Shown here: piece after piece, positions 47,869 to 58,060 of the stretch
Layout of the letters: each line of letters starts with the position of its first letter
Position numbering within the stretch: position 1 is the stretch's first letter
Origin: Alphaproteobacteria bacterium
GTDB lineage: Bacteria > Pseudomonadota > Alphaproteobacteria > Bin95
Assembly: GCA_964291285.2 (NCBI GenBank)
Contig: OZ219786.1
Coordinates: 160,001-224,000 of the forward strand
DNA length: 64,000 nt
Direction: 5' to 3'
Made by a program: the position numbers and the translations under genes
Notes under the pieces: model-generated
Database searches by the model: none
Told to the model about the DNA's origin: nothing
What the model saw: the letters and a program-made list of their open reading frames with translations, nothing else

Positions 47869-48746
47869 CCGGCGCCGTCGAGTGCCGCTACTACGGGCGC
47901 GACTTCACCGCCGACGAGATGGCGTTGCTGCGCGCCCTGATCGCCGCCAACCCGCAGCCGACCCGCGCCGCCCTGTCCAGAGAGTTCTGCCGGCGTATCG
48001 AGTGGTTCAAGCCCGACGGCGGCCTCAAGGACATGATGGCCAAGGTGACCATGCTCGCCATGCACCGCGACGGCGTGATCGTCCTGCCGCCGCCGAGGGG
48101 AAAACAGGGCCGGCCCAGGCCCATCGTCTTCGGGCCCGACACCGAGCCGCCGCTGTTCCCGGCGCCGACGACCCTCGACGAGGTTCGCCCCCTCGACTTC
48201 CGCACGGTCGTGCGCGACACCCGCGATGGCAAGCTCTGGAACGAGTTCGTCGCCCGCTACCACTATCTCGGATACAAGCCCCTGGTCGGCGCCCAGATGC
48301 GCTACGCCGTCCATGACCGGAACGGCTGGCCGCTGGCCATGCTCGGCTTCTCCACCGCCGCATGGAAGCTCGCCTCGCGCGACAGCTTCATCGGATGGTC
48401 GCCCGAGATGCGCGAAAAGAACCTGCCGCTGGTGGTCGACAACCCGCGCTTCCTGATATTGCCGTGGGTCGAGATCCCCAATCTCGGCTCGCACATCCTC
48501 GCCATCGTGCGACGGCGCCTGCCCACCGACTGGACCGAGCGCTACAACATCACGCCCGTGCTCATCGAGACCTTCGTCGAAACGCCCCGCTACTCCGGCG
48601 CCGTCTACAAGGCGTCGGGCTGGACCCGCGTCGGGACCACTCAGGGACGCGGCCGCTACGACACCCTCATGAGGCGCGCCGAACCCAGAAAGGACATCTG
48701 GCTGCGCCCGCTGAAACGAGACTGGAAACAAACCCTCAATCGCTGA
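47865..48746 (+). CDS. DUF4338 (Druantia DruA-like) domain protein, 293 aa
   Basis: WNEFVARYHYLGY, GAQMRY, RDSFIGW, NPRFLILPWV..PNLGS, ETFVE, YKASGW..VG.T.GRGR; ATGA-coupled to the transposase. Confidence 0.8.
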   Translation: MTGAVECRYYGRDFTADEMALLRALIAANPQPTRAALSREFCRRIEWFKPDGGLKDMMAKVTMLAMHRDGVIVLPPPRGKQGRPRPIVFGPDTEPPLFPAPTTLDEVRPLDFRTVVRDTRDGKLWNEFVARYHYLGYKPLVGAQMRYAVHDRNGWPLAMLGFSTAAWKLASRDSFIGWSPEMREKNLPLVVDNPRFLILPWVEIPNLGSHILAIVRRRLPTDWTERYNITPVLIETFVETPRYSGAVYKASGWTRVGTTQGRGRYDTLMRRAEPRKDIWLRPLKRDWKQTLNR

Positions 48747-48924
48747 AATCTACATCCATCACCCGAGAACGGAAGCATTACCGTCGAATCCGGTTCGGCG
48801 AGGCCGTGACGGAGGGAGCGATGGCGCAGACCGAATTCGGACCGGACCTGCCGGAACGCGGAGCCGGCATCGTCGTTTTCGTCGTCGCCATGACCGAACG
48901 CCCTCGTCTCCGGAGCAGGACGCC

Positions 48925-50106
48925 ATGACGCAACGCCAGTACCGCACCCTCTCCAAGCGTATCGTCGACAGTCTCCCCGTCGATGGCAGGGACACCGTCT
49001 ACTGGGACCGCGAGCTGCCCGGTTTCGGCCTGCGCGTCTACGCGAGCGGCAAAAAGGTCTTCGTCGTCCAGACGCGAGCCTTCGGCCGTTCCAGGCGCGT
49101 GACCCTCGGCGAGCACGGCAACCCGTTCTCCGCCGACCGGGCCCGCAAGGAGGCCGCTGAGGTCATCGTCCGCATCAAGACGGGGCAGCCGCCGATACCG
49201 AAGGACCCGGCCAACGATCCCACCGTCGCCGACCTCGCGGACCGCTACTTCAGAGAACATGTCGAGATGCACTGCAAGCCGGCCACCGTCTCCCACTACC
49301 GGATCATGCTGCGCAAGCACATCGTGCCCGCCCTCGGCGGGCGTCTCGTCGCGGAGGTCGAGCACAAGGACATCCTGCGCTTCCACGACGCGCTGCATCA
49401 CAGCCCCAGTGTCGCCAACCGGGCGGCCGACATTCTGGTCAAGATGTTCAATCTGGCCGACGAGTGGGGCTGGTGTCCCTCGGGGCGCAACCCGGCCCGG
49501 AGCGTGCCCCGTTTCAGGGTCGAGAAGCACGAGCGCTTCCTCACCCGCGAGGAACTCTCCCGGCTCGGCGAGGCGCTCAGGGCCGCGCCCGCCGGGCGCC
49601 GGGCGTCCCCCCATGCGGCGGCCGCCATCTACCTTCTCGTGCTGACCGGATGCCGGCGCAACGAGATCCTCGGCCTGCGGTGGGACGACCTCAACTTCGA
49701 CACTGGCGAGATGCGGCTGCGCGACTCCAAGACCGGCGCGCGGATGACGCCGATGCCGGCAAGGGTGGCCGCAGTGTTCGCCGGCCTTCCCCGCACGCCC
49801 GGCAATCCCTGGGTCTTCCCCGGCAGGAAGAAGGGCGCGCACCTGGTCAACCTCAACGACTCCTGGGAGCGCATCCGCAAGGACGCCGGTCTCGACGGCG
49901 TCCGCCTGCACGACTTGCGCCACACCTTCGCTTCCAGGGCGCTCGCGCTGGGCGAGGGCCTGGCGATGATCGGCGACCTGCTCGGCCACCGCAAGGTGAG
50001 CACCACCGCGCGTTACGCCCACCTCGCGCGGGACTCGGTGCGGGTGTCCTCGGCCCGGGTCGCCGCCGACATCGGCGCCAGGATCATGGCGCCGGACGGC
50101 CGCTAG
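48925..50106 (+). CDS. Tyrosine integrase A1 (arm-binding plus catalytic domains)
   Basis: YWDRELPGFGLRV, LTGCRRNE, SKT, HDLRH, LGH, TARY. Confidence 0.93.
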   Translation: MTQRQYRTLSKRIVDSLPVDGRDTVYWDRELPGFGLRVYASGKKVFVVQTRAFGRSRRVTLGEHGNPFSADRARKEAAEVIVRIKTGQPPIPKDPANDPTVADLADRYFREHVEMHCKPATVSHYRIMLRKHIVPALGGRLVAEVEHKDILRFHDALHHSPSVANRAADILVKMFNLADEWGWCPSGRNPARSVPRFRVEKHERFLTREELSRLGEALRAAPAGRRASPHAAAAIYLLVLTGCRRNEILGLRWDDLNFDTGEMRLRDSKTGARMTPMPARVAAVFAGLPRTPGNPWVFPGRKKGAHLVNLNDSWERIRKDAGLDGVRLHDLRHTFASRALALGEGLAMIGDLLGHRKVSTTARYAHLARDSVRVSSARVAADIGARIMAPDGR

Positions 50107-50143
50107 AGCGCCCGCGTCAAGGCGTACTCCGGAAGGACACTCC

Positions 50144-51346
50144 ATGCACAGCACCAACAAGCTCACCCTGTCCAGACAGTCCGTCGACCGGCTTCCCGTC
50201 GCCGACCGGGAGATCGTCTACTGGGATCGCCACCTGCCCGGCTTCGGCGTGCGCGTCTATGCGACCGGGTCGAAGGTCTACATCGCGCACGCGCGTTCCG
50301 GCGGGAAGACCCGGCGCGTCACCATCGGCCGTCATGGCGCATGGTCGACCGAGCGCGCCCGGCGCGAGGCCGGAGCGCTGATCGCGGATATCAAGGCGGG
50401 CAGGACGCCGGGCCGTCCCGGCGCGGACTCCGCGTCCGCCACCGGACCGACGATCGCCGGGCTGGCGGACGACTACATGACCCGGCACGTGGCCCTGCGC
50501 TGCAAGCCGTCCACGCAGCGATCCTGCCGCCATATCCTCGACAGATTCCTCCTCCCCCGGTTCGGGGCGCTGCGCGTCGGCGAGATCACGCCCGATCACG
50601 TTGCCGCGCTGCACTACCGGCTCCGCGAGACGCCCATCATGGCGAACCAGACGGTCTCCCTGCTGTCGCGGCTCTTCCTGAGGGCCGCGGCCTCGGGCAA
50701 CGCGCCGCCCGGCGGCAACCCCTGCCGGTTCATCAGGAAGTATCCGGCGCGAAGCCGCGAGCGCTTCCTGTCCGAGCAGGAATACGACCGGTTGGGCGCC
50801 GCGCTCGACGAACTCGAAGGCGCCGGCCGGGTTCTTGCCAGCGCCGCCGCGGCGATCCGCCTGCTGATGCTGACCGGCTGCCGGCGCAACGAAATCCTCA
50901 CCCTCAAATGGGAGGATGTCGACCTCGAACATGACGAGCTCCGGTTGCGCGACGCGAAGACCGGAGCGCGCGCGGTTCCGCTGTCGCCGACGGCGAGAGG
51001 AGTGCTCACCGCCATCCCCCGGCAGCCCGGCAATCCCTGGGTCATCTTCGGGCGCGAACCCGGAACGCACCTCGCCAATCTCAACTCGTCGTGGCAGGTG
51101 GCCCGCCGCGAGGCCGGACTCGAGGACATGCGGCTTCACGACCTTCGCCACAGCTTTGCCAGCAGGGCGCTCGCGCTCGGCGAGAGCCTGCCGACGATTG
51201 CCCGGCTCCTCGGCCACAGCCAGATCCAGACCACCGCCCGCTACGCCCACCTTGCACGGCAACCGGTGAAGACCGCCGCCGCCACCGTCGCGGACAGCCT
51301 CGCGGACGACATGGGGCCGGCGCCCGGCGCTCCCTCCATCACCTGA
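50144..51346 (+). CDS. Tyrosine integrase A2
   Basis: YWDRHLPGFGVRV, LTGCRRNE, AKT, HDLRH, LGH, TARY. Confidence 0.93.
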   Translation: MHSTNKLTLSRQSVDRLPVADREIVYWDRHLPGFGVRVYATGSKVYIAHARSGGKTRRVTIGRHGAWSTERARREAGALIADIKAGRTPGRPGADSASATGPTIAGLADDYMTRHVALRCKPSTQRSCRHILDRFLLPRFGALRVGEITPDHVAALHYRLRETPIMANQTVSLLSRLFLRAAASGNAPPGGNPCRFIRKYPARSRERFLSEQEYDRLGAALDELEGAGRVLASAAAAIRLLMLTGCRRNEILTLKWEDVDLEHDELRLRDAKTGARAVPLSPTARGVLTAIPRQPGNPWVIFGREPGTHLANLNSSWQVARREAGLEDMRLHDLRHSFASRALALGESLPTIARLLGHSQIQTTARYAHLARQPVKTAAATVADSLADDMGPAPGAPSIT

Positions 51347-52016
51347 CCGGCAGCCCCGTGCGCACTGCCGCTGAGAGTCTGTTCCTGGAGTAGCGGTTGG
51401 CCTCAAGACATGGTCGCTCAACGGGTCTTGAGGCCGATATGACAAGATTCCCGTTGATGAGGACGTCCGGGCTGTCGGGAAGGAGCGCAGGACAGGGAAA
51501 GGGGACATTCCCGAACGCGTCCCGGTCCGGGAATCCCGAAAGAGGCTGACGGGACTCGACTTCCCGTTCCGTTCCGTGACAAATTCTCCTCGTCAACATT
51601 GCACGCACCCGCTCTGTCGGGTCGCCCGCTCAATAGAACAGCCGAACCCGGCGAGGGAGTAGCTACTCGCTGGCCAACAGGCCCGCCAATGACGACCCGC
51701 GCTGCGTCGAACCGGTTTCGCTCCGCTGATCGCCGACAACTGTTCCCGACCTTGCCGACCGGTCCGGATGAAGCGGGGCCTGACGGCAGTGGGACGGGCC
51801 GCGAAACAGCAAACAGGCATATCCCGCTAAGGCGACAACCGGAAGATCATGCAAGAGGGGGGCTGGCAGACTGCTCAATGTCTGGGATACACTTGAACAC
51901 AATCGCTCCGCTGTCCAAAAGGTGAGCCACTCGGAGAGACGCCAAGTCCAAAGTCCATGGTGCTCGTACCCCCGACATCGCTCCCCTTGGCCGTGACACG
52001 AAGAAAACCAGCATCA

Positions 52017-53697
52017 GGGTGCAGGTCCCGTATGGCGATTGCAACCATTTGATTTATTGAGATTTTATGTTCTTTTCGGATGGCCTTTGGGGTCGATCGG
52101 TGACAATCGGGGTTTCGGGGTCGGGATTTTGTCACGGCCGCTCGGTGGCAGGGCCGGAAGCGGGACCGCTCCGCCCGCCGGAGGCGGGTAGGATGTCGTT
52201 CTGAAGCAACCGCAACCACAGGAGCGGCCCCATGGCAGTTTCGCAGTCTGCATCCTGCTCGTCCATCGATCTTGCCGGCTTGCCGGCTCGGATACTGGAG
52301 GCGCTGTCGGGGCTGGTTGCGGTTTGTCGTGAGCCGCCTGCTTCCGCGCCATGCGCGGTTGCATTCGAGGAAGCGGAGCTTCGTGTTCGGGAGAGCGTGA
52401 ACGCGCTGGGTTGCGAGGTTCCGGGAGCTTGGGTGGAAGGTCTGGACGACGGGGCGTTGCGGGTCGAGCAGGCCGGGCAACGCCGGTTCCGTGTGGCGGC
52501 GACGCCGAAGACGATCATGAGCACGCTCGGCCCGGTGACCTACAGGCGGGCGCGCTATCGCCACGGCGTGGGCGGCCCCTCGCTCGTGCCGGTGGACGAG
52601 AGCCTGGGGCTGGTGAACGACTGGCTGACGCGCCCGGCCGCCCGGATCGGGCTGATGATGATGGGTCACGGCACGGCGCGGGAAGCGGAGGGGTTCTTCT
52701 CGGAGATGGGCGCCATGAGGCCGTCGGCGAGCACCTTGCAGCGGCTCGCCTGCAGCCTGCATGAGCGCTGGGAGAGCCTGGGGCCGCAGGCGCTGGACAG
52801 TATCCGCAGCACGGAAGACATCCCATCCGGGGCGGTCAGCGCCTCGGTCTCGCTCGACGGCGTCATGGTGGCGCTGCGCGCCGGCGAGGACGGGCGCGAC
52901 GAGGCCTGCTGGCGCGAGGCCGCCTGCGGCACGGTCTCCTTCCACGACGCCCAAGGCGAACGGCTCAAGACCCTCTACTTCGCCCGCATGCCGGAGAGCG
53001 GCAAGCCCACGCTGAAGGCCCAACTCGCAAGCGAGGTCGCGCATATCCGCCGCGCGCGCCCCGATATCGCGGTCGTTGCGCTCGCCAGAGCCTGCCCCTG
53101 CGAAGGCGGGGGGCGCCCCCGACAACTGGACCTTCCTGGAGAGCCTCTCGCCCGAGGCCGAGGCCGTCGACTTCTGGCACGCCTGCGAGCATCTCCGCAC
53201 AGCCTCCGACCATGCCGTCGATCCCCGCTGGTTCGAGACTTACCGCCATACCCTGCGTCATGACCCGTGCGGCGTCGCCAAGGTGACCCGGGCGCTGCGC
53301 TATCTGCGCGACAAGGCAGGCAGCAACCGCACCGCGCGCAACGCCATCGAGCGCGAACTCGCCTTCTTCTGCAAGCACCGCAAGCGCATGCGATACCGCA
53401 ACCTCAGCGACCGGGGCATCACCATCGGCTCCGGCGTTGTCGAGGCCGCAAACAAAACCCTCGTCACACAGAGGATGAAGCGCTCCGGCATGCGATGGCG
53501 CATCGCCGGCGGCCAGGCCGTCCTCACCGTCCGCGCCCTCATCAAATCCGGACGCTTCGACCGCGCATGGAATGCCCTCATGAGCGATGACGATATCCCC
53601 GCAAACGAAAACAACCGCACCGGAAACCAACAAAGCCGCGCCGCATGAACCCTGACCCTCAGCCCAGCGCCATCATCGCCATACGAGATTCACGCCC
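52017..53697 (+). mobile_element. ISKra4-like insertion sequence
   Basis: Imperfect IRs GGGTGCAGGTCCCGTATGGCGAT / GGGCGTGAATCTCGTATGGCGAT; no TSD found. Confidence 0.75.
52232..53648 (+). pseudogene. ISKra4-like transposase frameshifted by a ~25-bp palindromic insertion
   Basis: SLDGVMV, DFWHACEH, IGSGVVEAANK, RMKRSGMRW; the frame changes at 53087-53111 where the DGA motif is expected. Confidence 0.8.
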
Positions 53698-53809
53698 CGC
53701 ACGGACCGTCGAGACAATCGCAACCACGACCTTCCGGGGCCTCAGTTCCCTGATCTCATTGAAAGCAAGCGGGAACTCAACTCAGGACCCGTCGGGCGAG
53801 GAGAACAAG

Positions 53810-54397
53810 ATGAAGAATCTCAGGCGAATAGCGCGTCTGAAGGTCATTGACGAAGGAGACGCATATAAAATCACCGCAAGGATGTTGAGGCTGGCGACAA
53901 GCCTCCGCCGCGCGGCGGAGATACTTGACCAAGCGCACAACGAAGCAAGGGAAGGCAGAAACCGGGAGGATTTCTCCGCCGCGTTCTACGGGACACCGAT
54001 TCTGCGGGCACAGTCAGCAGAAATTGCACTGAAGGCGCTATGGCGCATCGGACACAACGAGGAACGTGGCGCGCCCCCGCATCACCACAATCTGACAAAG
54101 CTGCATGATGCTCTGACCGAACCGATCCAGAAGCTGCTGGCAGAGGAATTTCCCGAGATACGAGACCCGTCGTGTCCACACTTCCCAATACCGGTCCGCC
54201 AAGGACTGCGGACAATCCTCAACGAACACGAAACCGCCCTCGAAGATTGGCGCTACGCCTACGAACTCGGCAGTCTCAGGTTCGAGCACGTGTTCGACGA
54301 GGTGCTGGACACGCTTATCAGCGTAGGCTGGCAGCTGCACAACCTGTGGCTCAGAAGGCTGCTGGAAGAAGACGCACAGGCTCCGAGCCAGCCGTGA
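53810..54397 (+). CDS. Hypothetical HEPN-superfamily-like protein
   Basis: AEIALKAL, HNLTKL and WRYAYE pattern; lower GC than core genes. Confidence 0.5.
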   Translation: MKNLRRIARLKVIDEGDAYKITARMLRLATSLRRAAEILDQAHNEAREGRNREDFSAAFYGTPILRAQSAEIALKALWRIGHNEERGAPPHHHNLTKLHDALTEPIQKLLAEEFPEIRDPSCPHFPIPVRQGLRTILNEHETALEDWRYAYELGSLRFEHVFDEVLDTLISVGWQLHNLWLRRLLEEDAQAPSQP

Positions 54398-54415
54398 ATC
54401 GCTCGAGGAGTAATA

Positions 54416-55535
54416 CCAGCGGGCATAGTTCAGAACCCATTGGCCCATTTTCGGGTTCCGATGGAGGCGATGCGTTCTGGTTGTGAGACGAGATTGTTCC
54501 AGGCCTGGCAGCAGTGATCGAGTATGTCGTCGTAGTTCTGGAAGACGCGGTTCGAGAGCCAATTTTCGCGCATGAACTGCCAGACATTCTCGACGGGATT
54601 GAGCTCGGGGGACCGGGGCGGGAGCGGCATCAGGGTTATGTTGTCGGGGACTTTGAGGGCCGGGGATGTGTGCCATCCGGCCCGGTCGAGCATGACGAGG
54701 GCATGGGCTCCGGGTTCAACGGTGAGGGCGACCTCGGCGAGGTGGGCGTTGAGTGCCTCCGTGTTGGCGTGGGGCATGACGAGGCCGGCGGCCTTGCCCT
54801 TCTGCGGGCATATGGCGCCGAAGATGTAGGCCGAGATGGTTCTCTGGTCCTTGGGCGCTGACGGTCGGGTGCCGCGTTTAGCCCATCGCCGGGTGATCTT
54901 GTTCTTCTGCCCGACGCGCGCCTCGTCCTGCCACCAGACTTCGACCTCGACGCCGTCGCCGAGTGCAGCGCGGATCTCCTTCAGGCGGTCGGGGAAGTTT
55001 TTTTGAACCCTGCCAGCGCGGCTTCGTCCCGGGCATGGTGGCGCGGGCGCGCAGACAGCCTGGCGTAGCCCATCCGGCGCAACTCCCGCCCGACCGTCGT
55101 CTCCGCCAACGAGATGCCGAACTGCTCGCTGAGCCATGCCGCCAGGTCGCAGCGCCGCCACCGCACCACGCCGTGGATCGCCGGGTCCGGACCGCTCTCC
55201 ACAACCGCCGCCAGCGCCGCGCGCTGCTCCCCGTTCAACTTGCGCGGCGGACCTGAGGCCTTGCGATCCTTCAATCCCTCCGGGCCTTCCGCGTTGAAGC
55301 GAAGAACCCAGTCCCGGATGATCTGCAAGCCCACCCCCGCAAAACGCGCCGCATCCGAACGACGGTAACCGTCGTAAATCACCGCAAGCGCAAGAAGGCG
55401 ACGGTTCTGCGAACCATCCCGGCTCCGCTGCGCAAGCCGCGCAACTGCGCCGCATCAAAATCCTCCCTCAAGGGGATTGCTGCCCTCATAACGACCCTCC
55501 AATCGCAGAATCGCTATTGAGTCAGAACTCGATAA
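54416..55535 (-). mobile_element. IS630-family element, left end truncated
   Basis: TA at 54414-54415 followed by CCAGCGG; no matching far end before the next IS starts at 55536. Confidence 0.75.
54430..55489 (-). pseudogene. IS630 transposase with a programmed -1 frameshift site and an extra frameshift near 55440
   Basis: WWQDEARVGQK, LDRAGWH, SPELNPVE; slippery A7C near 55000. The ATG at 55489 is out of frame with IYDG. Confidence 0.8.
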
Positions 55536-58047
55536 CCTCAGACTTCCTGACCTCGTGACGATGTTTGTTGCGGGCGGCGTTCTGGGAACTTTTTGAGTTC
55601 GGTTCATTTTTCGTCTGTTTCGGCTGATTTTCGCTGGCTGCCGTGTCCAGGTTCGGGTATTTTAATTTGACACTGGATACGAGATTTCAACCATGTCGAT
55701 TACCCTTCCCCTGAGCCCTCCGGAGGCGGTTCCGATCGGCAGCAGTTGTTTCGCCATTCTGATTTCGGACGACAGCTTCACCTACTTCTCCAACCTCGTT
55801 CCCTTTGACAGCCACGCCGCCGATGACCGCGCGGCCATGCTGTTGCGGATCGGCCGCCTGGCTGCGATCAGCGCGGTCTCGCGGCAGGATCTGGCCGACG
55901 CTTTCGGTGTCTCGCGTGCAACGGTCCAGCGCGCACGACGGCGCTACCTGGCCGAGGGCGAAGCGGAGTTTCTGAAGCCCCGGCGCGGTCGGGGACCTTC
56001 GGTGTTCACGCCGGAGCTGGCGGAGAAAGCGACGGCGTTGCTGGAAGGGGGCCTGAGCGGCTCTGCGGTGGCCCGAGTTCTCGGCGTGTCAGCGCCGTCG
56101 GTCAACAAGTGGCGGCGGCAGGGGGTGATCGGCAACGCGGAGGCGTGTCGGGAGCGCGGCAGCGCGGCAGTGGCGGTGCCGCCTGACGCGGGTGGGGCGC
56201 CCGAGGGCAGTGTCGATGACGAGAGTGCCGGTGCCGCCGGGCCGGCGACGGCAGCGGGGCTGGAGGCGCAGACGGATCGCAGCGCGCGCGACCGGCGGGA
56301 CCGGCAGGCGCCGATGGGGCGCGCGACTTGCGATGTCCGGGCTCGGGTGTTGGCCAGCTGCGGGCAGGCGGGACCGGTCGAACCGCAGTTCACCGCCGCC
56401 GCCCGCGGCGTGCGCTTTGGCGGCGTTCTCGCCGCCCTGCCGGCCCTGCTGAAGGAAGGCCTGCTCTGCGAGACCGGCCTCCTGCCGTTGCTGTCGAAGG
56501 GCTACTACGGCCTGCCCACGATCCTGCTCTTCCTGGCCTTCATGACCCTGGCGCGGGTGCGCAACCCCGAGAGCCTGCGCTACCAGGCACCGGGCGAATG
56601 GGGTGCGGTTCTCGGTCTCGACCGCTGCCCCGAGGTCAAGACGCTACGGCGCAAGATCGGGCTCATGGCCAACGACGAAGCCAGCGTGCAGGCGTGGCAG
56701 CTCGCTCTTGCGAGACGCTGGCAGGAGGAGGAGCCCGAGCTCTGGGCGACGCTGGCCGTTGACGGGCACGTCAAGGTCTACGCCGGCCGCAAGGGGCGCC
56801 TGCCCAAACACTTCGTCTCGCGCGAGAAGCTGTGCCTGCCGGCGAGCACCAGCTACTGGATCAACGCCTTGGGCGGCAAGCCCCTGCTGTGCCTGCACAA
56901 GCCGCTGGACCCGAAGATGGTCGCCGCGATCGAATCCGACGTGGTGCCGGCGTTGCAGGCGCTCGGGATCGTCGACGCCGGGGCAGCGGACCTGACCGCC
57001 GGGCAGCCCGGCCAGCCCGTGCTCACACTGGTCTTCGACCGCGAGGGCTGGAGCCCGGAGCTGTTTCGCCGGCTGGCCAGGCGCGGCATTGCCTGCCTGA
57101 CCTGGCACAAGAACTTCAGGGGCGGGGACTGGCCGGCCGAGGACTTCAGTGCGATGATCGTTCCCATTCACGGACCCGCGGCGAACGCCAGCGCCACCAT
57201 GCTGCTGGCCGAGAAGCCGGTGACGTTGAAGAACGGCTTCAGGGTGCGCCAGATCCGCCGCCTGCTCGACAACGGCCGTCAGGTTCCGCTGGTCACCACC
57301 GATCCGCACAAGCCGGTGGCGGAGGCCGCAGGCGCCTTGTTCTCGCGCTGGTCGCAGGAAAACTTCTTCAAATACATGCGCGACGAGTTCAATCTCGACG
57401 CCCTGCCGACCCACGAGATCGAGCCTCTCGCTGCCGATACCATGGTCGTCAGCCCGCTGCGGCGGGCCTACGACAAGGCAATCCGCCGCCTCGACCACCA
57501 GCTTGGCCGCCTGCGCAACCGCATCGCCGACGCCGCCCACAGGAAGCAGCCGACGGGCGAACTCAAGAGGGAACTCAGGGACCTCGAGGGCGGCCGTGAG
57601 ATTGTCAGATCCAGCCGCAGGGAGGTGCCCACGCACTGCCGGGCCGGCGACCTCGACGAAGCCGGACAGCTCAATGCCTTGCCCTCACGCGAGCGCCTCC
57701 TACTCGACATCATCCGCATGATCGCCTACCGCGCTGAAACCCGCTTGATGCTTCCCGTCATGCAGGCGCAGGGCCACAAGCCCCACCCACGGAAACTGCT
57801 TCAGGCACTCTTCACCGCCGATGCCGACATCCTGCCGGACCCTGCCAACGGCGTCCTGCGGGTCCGCATTCTCGGCCTCGCAAATGACGCCTGCGACCGC
57901 CAGATCAAGCCTCTTCTGGCCGAACTCAACGCCACCGAAACGCACTTCCCCGGCAACCGTATGCGCATGGTCTACGAGGTCGGCATAACCCCAAAATCCG
58001 CGCGCACCGGTGCCAAACAAAATTAGCAGAGGTCAGGAAGTCTGAGG
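55536..58047 (+). mobile_element. Unclassified IS with 19-bp perfect terminal inverted repeats
   Basis: CCTCAGACTTCCTGACCTC at 55536-55554 and its reverse complement at 58029-58047 enclose one long ORF; no TSD. Confidence 0.85.
55693..58026 (+). CDS. Putative DDE transposase with two N-terminal HTH regions, 777 aa
   Basis: HTH-like SRQDLADAFGVSRATV and GSAVARVLGVSAPSV; VDGHVK, VFDREG, RWSQENFFK. Confidence 0.75.
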   Translation: MSITLPLSPPEAVPIGSSCFAILISDDSFTYFSNLVPFDSHAADDRAAMLLRIGRLAAISAVSRQDLADAFGVSRATVQRARRRYLAEGEAEFLKPRRGRGPSVFTPELAEKATALLEGGLSGSAVARVLGVSAPSVNKWRRQGVIGNAEACRERGSAAVAVPPDAGGAPEGSVDDESAGAAGPATAAGLEAQTDRSARDRRDRQAPMGRATCDVRARVLASCGQAGPVEPQFTAAARGVRFGGVLAALPALLKEGLLCETGLLPLLSKGYYGLPTILLFLAFMTLARVRNPESLRYQAPGEWGAVLGLDRCPEVKTLRRKIGLMANDEASVQAWQLALARRWQEEEPELWATLAVDGHVKVYAGRKGRLPKHFVSREKLCLPASTSYWINALGGKPLLCLHKPLDPKMVAAIESDVVPALQALGIVDAGAADLTAGQPGQPVLTLVFDREGWSPELFRRLARRGIACLTWHKNFRGGDWPAEDFSAMIVPIHGPAANASATMLLAEKPVTLKNGFRVRQIRRLLDNGRQVPLVTTDPHKPVAEAAGALFSRWSQENFFKYMRDEFNLDALPTHEIEPLAADTMVVSPLRRAYDKAIRRLDHQLGRLRNRIADAAHRKQPTGELKRELRDLEGGREIVRSSRREVPTHCRAGDLDEAGQLNALPSRERLLLDIIRMIAYRAETRLMLPVMQAQGHKPHPRKLLQALFTADADILPDPANGVLRVRILGLANDACDRQIKPLLAELNATETHFPGNRMRMVYEVGITPKSARTGAKQN

Positions 58048-58060
58048 ATACGCATGGGCC

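Larger units (their letters stand above)
45172..48781 (+). mobile_element. IS66-like transposon (3610 bp) carrying a DUF4338/DruA-like gene
   Basis: GTAA...TTAC ends; 8-bp TSD CGTCGAAT at 45164-45171 and 48782-48789; 132-bp IRs at 45172-45303 and 48650-48781 with 3 mismatches. Confidence 0.92.

Noticed and set aside
45172-48781. 132-bp repeat as a DGR template/variable repeat pair
   Set aside because: The copies are inverted, identical over the coding part, show no adenine-specific changes, and there is no reverse transcriptase in the window.
51850-52016. Possible gene fragment before the ISKra4-like element
   Set aside because: No recognisable motif in any frame.
55525-58056. GATAA/GATAC as a target duplication of the 777-aa IS
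   Set aside because: The two sequences are not identical and are not placed symmetrically about the IRs.
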